Assembly: GCA_049970015.1 (NCBI GenBank)
Contig: JBMFNT010000005.1
Span: 3,358 to 18,484, forward strand
Direction: 5' to 3'
Length of the DNA stretch: 15,127 nucleotides
Source of the DNA: Candidatus Micrarchaeia archaeon
GTDB taxonomy: Archaea > Micrarchaeota > Micrarchaeia > CAILAH01
Shown: positions 6,880 through 14,853 of the stretch, piece by piece
Layout of the letters: every line of letters starts with the position of its first letter
Position numbering within the stretch: position 1 is the stretch's first letter
Made by a program: the position numbers and the translations under genes
The notes under the pieces: generated by a model
Seen by the model: only the letters and a program-made list of their open reading frames with translations
Database searches by the model: none
Told to the model about the DNA's origin: nothing

Positions 6880-8538
6880 ATGCAAGTGCAGCTCATAAAC
6901 ACACAAAGGAAGAAGGAACTTGAACACGATATAAGATGTGCTGACTTAAAGATTGATGTAGATTATTATATAAAACTGTGTACAACAGTTGCATTCCTAG
7001 CTTCGCTCGTCCTCACTTATTTTTTCTCAAGCATTGTTGACTTTGAGATGCTCCCGCTCCTCTTCGTTTTGATGTTTGCACTCATCTATCTTCTGTCCCT
7101 GAGAATACCTAAACTCCTGGCAAGGAACAGGGCCCTCAAGATTGAGAGTGAGCTGCCCGTACAGCTGAGGGCTCTGTCAACAGAGCTTGCGATAGGTGTG
7201 CCTTTTGAGGAAGCTCTCGAATCCGTTGCACACTTTGGGCAATACACTGGCCACATATTCACAGGGATATTGCGGGACATAAAAAATGGTATACCACCGG
7301 CAGATGCGTTCAACCGTGCGCGCAGTTCAGTAGACTCAAGAATGCTCGACAAGGCACTGTCACACCTTGCATTCATCTACTCGTACGGCTATGAAGAGAG
7401 TGGCCTGTCCAAGCTTGTTGAGGAGATGAGTAATGAGCACAGTGCAAAGATGAAAGAGTATGCATCGAGAAGTTCTATGATGGGTGTGCTGCTGATAACT
7501 GTAACATCCGTAGTGCCAGCGCTTGCAACTACATATATACTTGTCGGGTCATCGTTCATGGACATATCACTGGGCGCAGTTGATATCATAGTGATGTACA
7601 CAATTGTACTGCCACTGGCTGCACTGGTGTTACTGCTTGCAACACGCATGCTTTTACCAGCTGTTTCAAAGAAAGGTAGCGATTTTCTGTCCGAGCAGGA
7701 GCTTATGAGGTTTACAGTATTTCTTGGAAAGCTCGGTATAAATATGCATGCAGTAAATTTTCTAGCATACCTTGCCGTTTCCTCTGTAATAGCATCCATA
7801 GCAGTATACTTACTTACAAACTCGCCACTATCATTTGCAATCATGCTCGTGCCACTGTTTGTTTATGGAATGTTCCTGTACCTTGAGGACATGCGCATAT
7901 CATCAATTGAGGAGCACATGCCTGATGCACTGTTCTATGCAGCATCTTTACATAACCTTGGCCTTGAAAAGGTTGTGGGTGAGATTGCAAAGGCCAACTA
8001 TGGAGAGCTATCACGAGAGTTTGGAAGGATAAACCGGCAGATTGATGCAGGGTTCTCAATAAGCGCTGCATTGTCTTCCTTTATAGACAGAAATCGCTCA
8101 CCCATAACAGAAAGAGGGATCTCGTTATTGATGAAGATACATGAGGTGGGTACATCGCTTGAAAAAACACTGAGGAGTACAGCAGAAGATATACATGACA
8201 TGTTCATGCTCATGAGGGAGAGGGCAAGCGTGCTTTCCATGCAGATGTACAACCTACTTGTGGCATGTCTGTTAGTGCCTGCAATCTTTGGCGCCGTGCT
8301 CTCTCTCGTGGAATCCCTTGACCTATCGTACATTGAAACACTGCTCTCAGTCCAATCTTCACGCAACCTGCTGACAGCAGTCACATTTTCAATAAACATA
8401 TACCTTTTCGAGTTTGCAGTCCTGGGTAGCATATTCCTTGCTGATTATTCAGGTTCATGGAAAAGGTTTGCTGTCTATCTTGTGTTTCTCCTGCCTATCA
8501 TGTTCTCTATATTCTATATAGTCCAGATTGCACTCTAG
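6880..8538 (+). CDS. Type II secretion system F family protein with two T2SSF domains (archaeal type IV pilus platform, PilC / fused TadB-TadC-like)
   Basis: Two T2SSF-like repeats (IESELPVQLRALSTELAIGVPFEEAL; IEEHMPDALFYAAS...YGELSREF) and multiple TM helices. The real start is probably ATG 6880 (MQVQLIN). The ORF-track extension back to 6667 runs through the non-coding repeat. Confidence 0.85.
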   Translation: MQVQLINTQRKKELEHDIRCADLKIDVDYYIKLCTTVAFLASLVLTYFFSSIVDFEMLPLLFVLMFALIYLLSLRIPKLLARNRALKIESELPVQLRALSTELAIGVPFEEALESVAHFGQYTGHIFTGILRDIKNGIPPADAFNRARSSVDSRMLDKALSHLAFIYSYGYEESGLSKLVEEMSNEHSAKMKEYASRSSMMGVLLITVTSVVPALATTYILVGSSFMDISLGAVDIIVMYTIVLPLAALVLLLATRMLLPAVSKKGSDFLSEQELMRFTVFLGKLGINMHAVNFLAYLAVSSVIASIAVYLLTNSPLSFAIMLVPLFVYGMFLYLEDMRISSIEEHMPDALFYAASLHNLGLEKVVGEIAKANYGELSREFGRINRQIDAGFSISAALSSFIDRNRSPITERGISLLMKIHEVGTSLEKTLRSTAEDIHDMFMLMRERASVLSMQMYNLLVACLLVPAIFGAVLSLVESLDLSYIETLLSVQSSRNLLTAVTFSINIYLFEFAVLGSIFLADYSGSWKRFAVYLVFLLPIMFSIFYIVQIAL

Positions 8539-8572
8539 ACTGTTTTGTGCAAATGTCAAATGTGTATTAGAC

Positions 8573-8636
8573 TATAGTGGTAATGTATACTGGAAAATAT
8601 ATAGTGTAATGTATAATCCGGATGAATCTTTAAAAA
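8573..8636 (+). promoter_or_regulatory. S-layer gene promoter: TATA box (TTTAAAAA, 8629-8636) preceded by a tandem direct repeat TATAGTG(G)TAATGTATA
   Basis: TATA-like box with a purine-rich segment upstream (GGATGAA). The repeat copies are at 8573-8589 and 8600-8615. Predicted TSS is about 8656-8659. Confidence 0.6.
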
Positions 8637-8658
8637 CCTTATTCTGCAATCTCTTACA

Positions 8659-8733
8659 CTACCCTCGGAGTGAGGCTATGGGTTACTGTAGCTTTTCCTC
8701 GGGTGGGAATAAATCCGAAAGGATATGAGGTGA
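8659..8733 (+). promoter_or_regulatory. Structured 5' UTR of the S-layer mRNA (long hairpin, GNRA hairpin, RBS)
   Basis: Pairings read by eye: CTACCC(8659-64)/GGGTGG(8701-06), GGAG(8667-70)/TTCC(8695-98) and AGGCTATGG(8673-81)/CTGTAGCTT(8686-94) with a GTTA loop. These are followed by ATCC-GAAA-GGAT (8713-8724) and the RBS GAGGTGA (8727-8733). Confidence 0.7.
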
Positions 8734-8737
8734 AGGA

Positions 8738-11425
8738 ATGAAAAGCCTAAATACAAGGAAGATTGCAGCTCTCGCTGCAGGTGCGGCCCTATTGGGTAGT
8801 GCCTTGCTCGGAGCTGGTCCCGTAAGCTTTGGTAATACAGAGCTTGTGAACGCCAATGGACAACCCGTTGCAAAGGTTGTTGTTGGTGAGGCTGCGGCAG
8901 CAAGTGATGGAGTAGCGGCTGCAAACATTGCAGCAGTGCTCGGAAACAGGGCATTCAAGAAAACTGAAGTGACTGCAAGCGTAACCGGTCTTGATAAATT
9001 GAGCTGTGAGGTTACGGGTACAGGTGGTTGTGAAGTGCTGAGCAAGTCCGTAACGCTCGAGCTGGAAACCCCTGCAGGTGTTATCCCAGCGGGTGCACAC
9101 TCCTTTGACATGTACATCGATGACTACATTGATGAAGACACAAAAGACAGGGCAACAGATACAATTGTGGGAAACCCGTGGACTGGCAGCTCTTCTGCCA
9201 CTGTGGTTGCAAGGAAGATTGGTGGTAGTGAGTTTACACCGCTTGCAGACTATGTTGTAAAAGATACACAGGGTGGCGGCGAGTATGAAGAGGAGCAGTA
9301 TCTGTATGCAAAGTCAGATGGTGTTGCCTTCAACAACGATGATGGCGACTTTAGGTCCTCAAACACGCAGGTTGCATATGAAGTAGTGTTTGGGACTGAT
9401 GGACTGCCTGTATGTTCGGACTCTGTAGGTGGTGACTGGGCATACTGTGTGGACACTACGCACCCTGATTATGATACGGACAAGGCAACAGAGAACCACA
9501 GAGTAAAGATTATGTACCTTGGGAAGGAGTGGATCATATCTAAAATGGAAAACCCCACAACCACTTCGGGAGGCAAGATAAAGCTTGCTGAGGAAAGTGC
9601 ATACTCTCCAAAGCTGCAGATAGGTGATACGCTCGACCTGACAGGTGGTTATAAACTGAAGCTCGGTGACCTTAAGCCAGCATCTGGAGGCCAGCCAAAT
9701 GACCTTGCAATATTCTCAGTACTGAACAGTGCGGGTGAGGAGGTGGCCAACCAGGTTGTAGCGGCAGGTTCAACAACAGAGATACAGGCAGATGGCAACA
9801 CATTCAAGGTGCGTGTGTACCAGGTTGCTCCAGGTTATACGCTGACTGAGAAGTGGGCAGAGGTTGCAGTGTTCAAGAACGAGCTAACGCTCGAGGATGG
9901 GAAGAAAGTTGATGACACTGACAACAAGGACTGGAAGGTAAGACTAATCTGGAAAGACTTGGATGATCCAAGCCCAAAGAATGATAGGTTGCACAAGATA
10001 CAGCTGTACTACACAAAGAACCTGAACATAAACCCTGGTGAGTCTCTTGACATAATCAAAGAGCCGAACAGGTGGGACTTTACATTCAATGGTCTTGACC
10101 TGAAGGACAGTGATTATGTTGAGGTTAAGTACTCGTTTGAAGGGGCAAGCTCTTACAGGTTCAACCACAACTCTACTTCATCGAGCCATGATGCAAGTGA
10201 GGATTATGAGGCAGGTACTAGCGGCAGCACAACTGATAAGGTAGTTCTTGTGACTGCGAACTCAAAGATCTTTAAGTTCTATGATAAGGACAATAATGAG
10301 ATAGTGACAGATGAGTTCGTGTATGCACCCACAGTGTACAACTTAGCAGCTAATGCCTCTTGGTCTGGCAACCAAACAGTCCTGGTTGAAGTAGGTGGTG
10401 ACTATGTGCCGGTTAAGAACCACAATGGAGGCAACATGCATGATGCACAAGCAACACCTTGGGAAGTGATGTACAACTTTGGTGGTGCAGAGTACCCAAT
10501 GTGGTTTGAAGTGGGACAGTACAACAGCAGTGGTAACTTTGACCTGGGCCCCTTAAGCAACCTAATCGGTACAGGTAGCCAGTATTTCACATTGTACATT
10601 ACACTTGGTGAGGATGCAGGCAACAACCAGGCAGACTACCTTGTGGCAAGGGCGATCGAGAAGACTGCAGACAGTAATGGGGAGAATGCAACAACAGGTA
10701 ACTGGGACCTTGAGTTTGACTTCTCAGGCATAACTGATGGGTCAGATGAGGACCATGTTATCTACTACTTTGATAGCGCACATAATATAGACACAAACGT
10801 TACAGGAGGCGACCCATTGCACTTCTTTGGCAACTCGAGCACAGAGATAGATGAGACATACTATTACACACACAGGGGCTCCTTCGTTGATAAGGGTGAC
10901 ACGGGCTCAAGCTCTTACACAATAAATGTGGCAAAGAAGGTAGGTAAGCTCGTGTTTATGTACCAGTCAGTCGGTGAGGGAAAGACAGAGGGTTCAGTAA
11001 CAACATACTCCGGCCTTGAAGAGGGTGCAGAGATTAAGTTGAGTGATGGTTCAAAGCTAAGAGTGAAATCCATTGATGTTAAGACAGGTGCAGCTGCGGG
11101 CGGTACCGGTACAGTGAAAGGTACTGAGAATGTGAAGGCAGTGCTCAATGTTGCAAATGTGGCAAACCTTGGCGAGAGACAGGATGTACCTTCAGACCTT
11201 GTTGTGCTTGACAGCGAGGCCGCAGGTGCAGAGACTGTGATCGCTGTAGGTGGTCCAGCAGTCAACACAGTGACAAAGGCAATCGTTGCAGGTACTGACA
11301 TAACGTTCGAGCCTGGCACAGTTGTTGTGCAAGAGGTTGAAACAGGCAAGATCGTTGTTGCCGGTTACTCTGCAGATGATACCTTAAAGGCAGCAAAGAA
11401 ATTCATCAGCCAGCTCACTGGCTGA
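8738..11425 (+). CDS. S-layer protein (S_layer_N / S_layer_C, Methanococcales/Thermococcales-type), 895 aa
   Basis: Signal peptide MKSLNTRKIAALAAGAALLGSAL. N-terminal motif VVVGEAAAASDGVAAANIAAVLG and C-terminal motifs LVVLDSE...VIAVGGPAVNTVT...IVVAGYSADDTLKAAKKFI. The body is acidic and G/T/D-rich, with a strong RBS. Confidence 0.88.
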   Translation: MKSLNTRKIAALAAGAALLGSALLGAGPVSFGNTELVNANGQPVAKVVVGEAAAASDGVAAANIAAVLGNRAFKKTEVTASVTGLDKLSCEVTGTGGCEVLSKSVTLELETPAGVIPAGAHSFDMYIDDYIDEDTKDRATDTIVGNPWTGSSSATVVARKIGGSEFTPLADYVVKDTQGGGEYEEEQYLYAKSDGVAFNNDDGDFRSSNTQVAYEVVFGTDGLPVCSDSVGGDWAYCVDTTHPDYDTDKATENHRVKIMYLGKEWIISKMENPTTTSGGKIKLAEESAYSPKLQIGDTLDLTGGYKLKLGDLKPASGGQPNDLAIFSVLNSAGEEVANQVVAAGSTTEIQADGNTFKVRVYQVAPGYTLTEKWAEVAVFKNELTLEDGKKVDDTDNKDWKVRLIWKDLDDPSPKNDRLHKIQLYYTKNLNINPGESLDIIKEPNRWDFTFNGLDLKDSDYVEVKYSFEGASSYRFNHNSTSSSHDASEDYEAGTSGSTTDKVVLVTANSKIFKFYDKDNNEIVTDEFVYAPTVYNLAANASWSGNQTVLVEVGGDYVPVKNHNGGNMHDAQATPWEVMYNFGGAEYPMWFEVGQYNSSGNFDLGPLSNLIGTGSQYFTLYITLGEDAGNNQADYLVARAIEKTADSNGENATTGNWDLEFDFSGITDGSDEDHVIYYFDSAHNIDTNVTGGDPLHFFGNSSTEIDETYYYTHRGSFVDKGDTGSSSYTINVAKKVGKLVFMYQSVGEGKTEGSVTTYSGLEEGAEIKLSDGSKLRVKSIDVKTGAAAGGTGTVKGTENVKAVLNVANVANLGERQDVPSDLVVLDSEAAGAETVIAVGGPAVNTVTKAIVAGTDITFEPGTVVVQEVETGKIVVAGYSADDTLKAAKKFISQLTG

Positions 11426-11447
11426 TTTTTCTTTTTTAATTTTTCTT
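11426..11447 (+). terminator. Oligo-T terminator after the S-layer gene
   Basis: A T-rich tract (TTTTTCTTTTTTAATTTTTCT) starts immediately after TGA, in the 22-bp gap to the convergent dph2 stop. Confidence 0.7.
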
Positions 11448-12392
11448 TTATTTTGTGAAGAATTTTAGGAATTCAATGGCATTAACTATGGGCACACTCA
11501 GCTTGTTCTGATCATCTACTATGCGCGGGCAGGCCGTGTTAAGAAATGCTTCAATACCGCTAAAATTTGAAATTGTTGTAAAATCAAATGTGTTGCCAAC
11601 TACTATTAATGCTTTCTTGCCCTGCCTTTCAATACATTCCTTAGCCTTAACCGCAAGGGGAAGGTTATACTGTCCAACCTTCGTGCTCACCAGTATTCCG
11701 TAAACGTTTGCATTGAGTGCTTTTGCAAGCGCAACACGCCTCTGCCTTTGCACTTTCTGTATTTTTTCAGTTATCCACTCAACCTTTCTAGAGAATGGGT
11801 CAACCCATAAAGTGGGGAGTGAATAGTTTTCATCAAGGGCACCGGGCGCAAGTGCATGGAATGTGCCCCCACCAAAATAAATAATGCAATCAACACGTTT
11901 ACTGATTTTCTCAAGCGCGGTTATATCACAGCCAAGTATCTGTGCCTCACATGGACATCTTCTGCTTCCCTTTGCGGTAAGAGGAACTTTTCCATGTTCG
12001 ATTAATACCTTTTTTATCCTGCCAACCAGTCTTGCATGGCTTATGTTTGTCACTATCCCCACATGCTTGTACTTGTCAAGTGCCATTACTGCCTTTCTCA
12101 TAATACCTTCAACATCAACATCCTCCAGATAAACCGGTACATACTCAATCTCTATCCCTTTCTCATCTATATCACAAAATTTTGTATGGCCAAAATGCAC
12201 TATTTTCTTACAGCCAAGCACCTTTGCATCATGTATGGGGATATCACACCCTCCATAGGATGGCTCAGATGATACATAAACCCTGTACCCTTTCTTTTCA
12301 TACGCTTTTACATACCTCAGCGCATCCTTTTTCAGACCTTCAGGAAATTGTAATAAAATTGAATGTTTTATTGGATGCCTATGCCCTGTCAT
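11448..12392 (-). CDS. dph2: Diphthamide biosynthesis protein Dph2 (2-(3-amino-3-carboxypropyl)histidine synthase)
   Basis: Motifs LQFPEGLK, YGGCD, HFGH, QILGCD, GGGTFH, STKVGQ and TACPRI, with all three Fe-S cysteines present. The start is uncertain: ATG 12392 overlapping the ppsA stop was chosen, while the ORF track gives 12419. Confidence 0.93.
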   Translation of the reverse strand: MTGHRHPIKHSILLQFPEGLKKDALRYVKAYEKKGYRVYVSSEPSYGGCDIPIHDAKVLGCKKIVHFGHTKFCDIDEKGIEIEYVPVYLEDVDVEGIMRKAVMALDKYKHVGIVTNISHARLVGRIKKVLIEHGKVPLTAKGSRRCPCEAQILGCDITALEKISKRVDCIIYFGGGTFHALAPGALDENYSLPTLWVDPFSRKVEWITEKIQKVQRQRRVALAKALNANVYGILVSTKVGQYNLPLAVKAKECIERQGKKALIVVGNTFDFTTISNFSGIEAFLNTACPRIVDDQNKLSVPIVNAIEFLKFFTK

Positions 12393-14700
12393 CTCCATCG
12401 CCATTTCTGTGCTCTTCATACATCTCCCTTAAGAATTTTAGCATAAGCTTTCTTTCTGCGGCCGCAACAAGCTTACGCGTTCTCTCGATCACATCTGGGT
12501 TTATTGAAATGCTCGTTATACCATACTCTATAAGCTTCTCCACAAATTCCGGGTAAACGCTCGGTGCCTGTCCACATATAGAAACAGTTATACCTCTCTT
12601 AGTACCCTCCTTGATCACATGCCTGATTGCACGGAGCACTGCAGTATTCCTCTCATCAAACTCACGGGCCAGAAGTGCATTGTCCCTATCTATACCCATT
12701 ATAAGCTGTGTAAGGTCATTACTGCCTATGGAAACTCCATCAACATACTCTGCAATCTCATCTATAAGGAAAACTGTTGATGGAACCTCAACCATTGCCC
12801 ATAACTTGAAATCTTTTGTCCTGTGTAGGCCAACCTCATTCATAAGCTCATTAACATGCCTCAGCTCGCCAACCCTTCTAACGAAAGGCACCATGACCCA
12901 TACATTCTTTAGCCCATACTTCTCACGCACTTTCTTTATGGCACGCAGCTCCATCTTGAACACTTCAGGGTCATGTATGTACCTTGAACATCCACGGTAG
13001 CCCAGCATAGGGTTATTCTCCTGTGGCTCATATTTTTCACCGCCTTTCAATGACCTGTACTCATTGGTCTTGAAATCAGTTGTCCTGTAGACAACTGGCC
13101 GTGGGTAGAATGCTGCAGCAATCCTCCTTATGCCATCACTCAACTTCTCTATGAACTCCTCCTGCCTGTTCTCCTCAACAATCTTCTTTGGATGTTCTCC
13201 TATATCTGCAATCATGAACTCAGCACGCAGAAGGCCTACACCATCAACATCGCGTGCGGCAACACTCTCAGCAAGCGCTGGCTCGGCAAGGTTTACATAA
13301 ATTCTTGTACCTGTGGGTATCTTTGCCTCGATTGCTGATAATGAGAGTGGTCTCTCCTCAACCATTTTCTTGCCAACATCAACAAGCCCCTCATAAACTA
13401 TGCCATGGTCTGCATCAACAGTCACGACCATACCATCTGCAAGCACCTTTGTGGCATTGCCAGTCCCGACAATGCAAGGTATCCCAAGCTCTCTGCTCAC
13501 GATCGCTGCGTGTGATGTTATTCCCCCTTCATCAGTAACTATTGCACTGGCCTTTCTCATGGCCGGCACAAAATCTGGAGAGGTCATTGTGGTAACCAGA
13601 ATATCCCCGCTCTCAACCTTTCCAATCTCCTTAGGGCTTGGTATTATCCTGACCTTGCCCGTGCTTGCCCCAGTAGTGGCTCCAAACCCCTTAACCAAAA
13701 TCTTTGCCTCAGAAACCTTCTTAACCTCAGGCTGTTCCACTTTCTTTTTGAGTGCTGTGACAGGCCTGCTCTGGACTATGTATACCTTTTTGCCAACAAC
13801 TGCCCATTCAATATCCTGTGGCTTCCCATAATACTCCTCAATCTTCTTTCCTATCCTGGCAAGCTCGACTATGAGAAGATCATCAAGCTTCTGCTCATCC
13901 CTTATAGATTCCTTCACATTTATATGCTTCGTCTCAGCCCCTATTTTTGTTATCATAAACTTCTGCTCTGATATGTGTTTATCGATGATTGTAAGTGTGG
14001 CCTTGTCCACAGTGTATGTGTCCGGGGTTATGGCACCAGAAACTACTGCCTCCCCAAGCCCATATGCCGCCTCAATAACCAGAACCTTATCATTGCCACT
14101 TACCGGGTCTATGGTAAATATGACACCGGAGCGCTCGGACTGTACCATCTCCTGCACCACAACAGCTATACCTATGTTGGTGTGGCCAAACCCCTGCTCC
14201 TCACGGTAAAAGATTGCCCGTGCCTCAAACAGGGATGCCCAGCACTTCTGCACAGCTTCAATCAATCCATCCTCACTGTCTATATTAAGAAAACTCTTCT
14301 GCTCACCTGCAAAACTTGCCTCCGGAAGGTCTTCTGCAGTTGCAGAGCTTCTTACTGCAACATAAAACTCAGATTCTTTGCCACGAAGCGTCTTGTATGC
14401 CCTTCGTACCTCTTTCTCAACATCTTTTGGCATTTTTGCATTTATTATCATGCGCTCTATATCATCGCTTGCCTTCTGAAGCTCCTCAGGATTGTATATG
14501 TTCGTGTTTTTTATTACGTTTTGTATTTGGTTTTTCAGGTCGGCCTCTTTTATGAAATCAAAGTATGCATTGCTTGTAACAACAAAACCTGGGGGCACTG
14601 GAAACCCTGCACGGTACATCTCACCAAGGTTTGCACCCTTTCCACCTGCAATACCAACGTCAGACTTGCCAAGATCACCAAACCATGATATATATGCCAT
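12379..14700 (-). CDS. ppsA: Phosphoenolpyruvate synthase (pyruvate, water dikinase)
   Basis: Motifs GGKGANLGEM, VRSSATAEDLPEASFAG, phospho-His motif TDEGGITSHAAIVSRELG, GVGLLRAEF, NPMLGYRG, SIGSNDLTQ and ICGQAPS. 773 aa, no intein seen. Confidence 0.97.
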   Translation of the reverse strand: MAYISWFGDLGKSDVGIAGGKGANLGEMYRAGFPVPPGFVVTSNAYFDFIKEADLKNQIQNVIKNTNIYNPEELQKASDDIERMIINAKMPKDVEKEVRRAYKTLRGKESEFYVAVRSSATAEDLPEASFAGEQKSFLNIDSEDGLIEAVQKCWASLFEARAIFYREEQGFGHTNIGIAVVVQEMVQSERSGVIFTIDPVSGNDKVLVIEAAYGLGEAVVSGAITPDTYTVDKATLTIIDKHISEQKFMITKIGAETKHINVKESIRDEQKLDDLLIVELARIGKKIEEYYGKPQDIEWAVVGKKVYIVQSRPVTALKKKVEQPEVKKVSEAKILVKGFGATTGASTGKVRIIPSPKEIGKVESGDILVTTMTSPDFVPAMRKASAIVTDEGGITSHAAIVSRELGIPCIVGTGNATKVLADGMVVTVDADHGIVYEGLVDVGKKMVEERPLSLSAIEAKIPTGTRIYVNLAEPALAESVAARDVDGVGLLRAEFMIADIGEHPKKIVEENRQEEFIEKLSDGIRRIAAAFYPRPVVYRTTDFKTNEYRSLKGGEKYEPQENNPMLGYRGCSRYIHDPEVFKMELRAIKKVREKYGLKNVWVMVPFVRRVGELRHVNELMNEVGLHRTKDFKLWAMVEVPSTVFLIDEIAEYVDGVSIGSNDLTQLIMGIDRDNALLAREFDERNTAVLRAIRHVIKEGTKRGITVSICGQAPSVYPEFVEKLIEYGITSISINPDVIERTRKLVAAAERKLMLKFLREMYEEHRNGDGDDRA

Positions 14701-14719
14701 AAATAAATATCGTAGATAA

Positions 14720-14732
14720 ATCTTATTAATGA
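14720..14732 (-). promoter_or_regulatory. Probable TATA box for a leaderless ppsA-dph2 transcript
   Basis: The minus strand reads ATTAATAAG about 22-30 nt upstream of ATG 14700. No Shine-Dalgarno sequence precedes the ATG. Confidence 0.45.
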
Positions 14733-14853
14733 AAACTTAGCACATGCTAATCACTACAAATCACTGCCATATTACATACTGGCCATTACATACTAATCCC
14801 AAGCAAAAAATATTCATTCATCGTATCAAGAAAATTCCTAAAATGCTATCATG

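Noticed and set aside
6667..6923. N-terminal 71-aa extension of the T2SSF ORF and overlapping ORFs 6699-6923 and 6710-6898
   Set aside because: All three + frames are open across the repeat because it lacks stop triplets. The same repeat is read in different frames and gives Cys/His-rich, non-protein-like sequence.
8659..8724. tRNA or other known ncRNA gene
   Set aside because: There is no cloverleaf or T-loop (GTTCRA) consensus. The position between TATA and RBS fits a 5' UTR.
1000..14719. Long antisense or alternate-frame ORFs (e.g. 1738-2307, 2917-3618, 3640-4107, 5203-6042, 13975-14688)
   Set aside because: They fully overlap well-supported conserved genes and show no recognisable motifs, so they are treated as shadow ORFs from codon bias.
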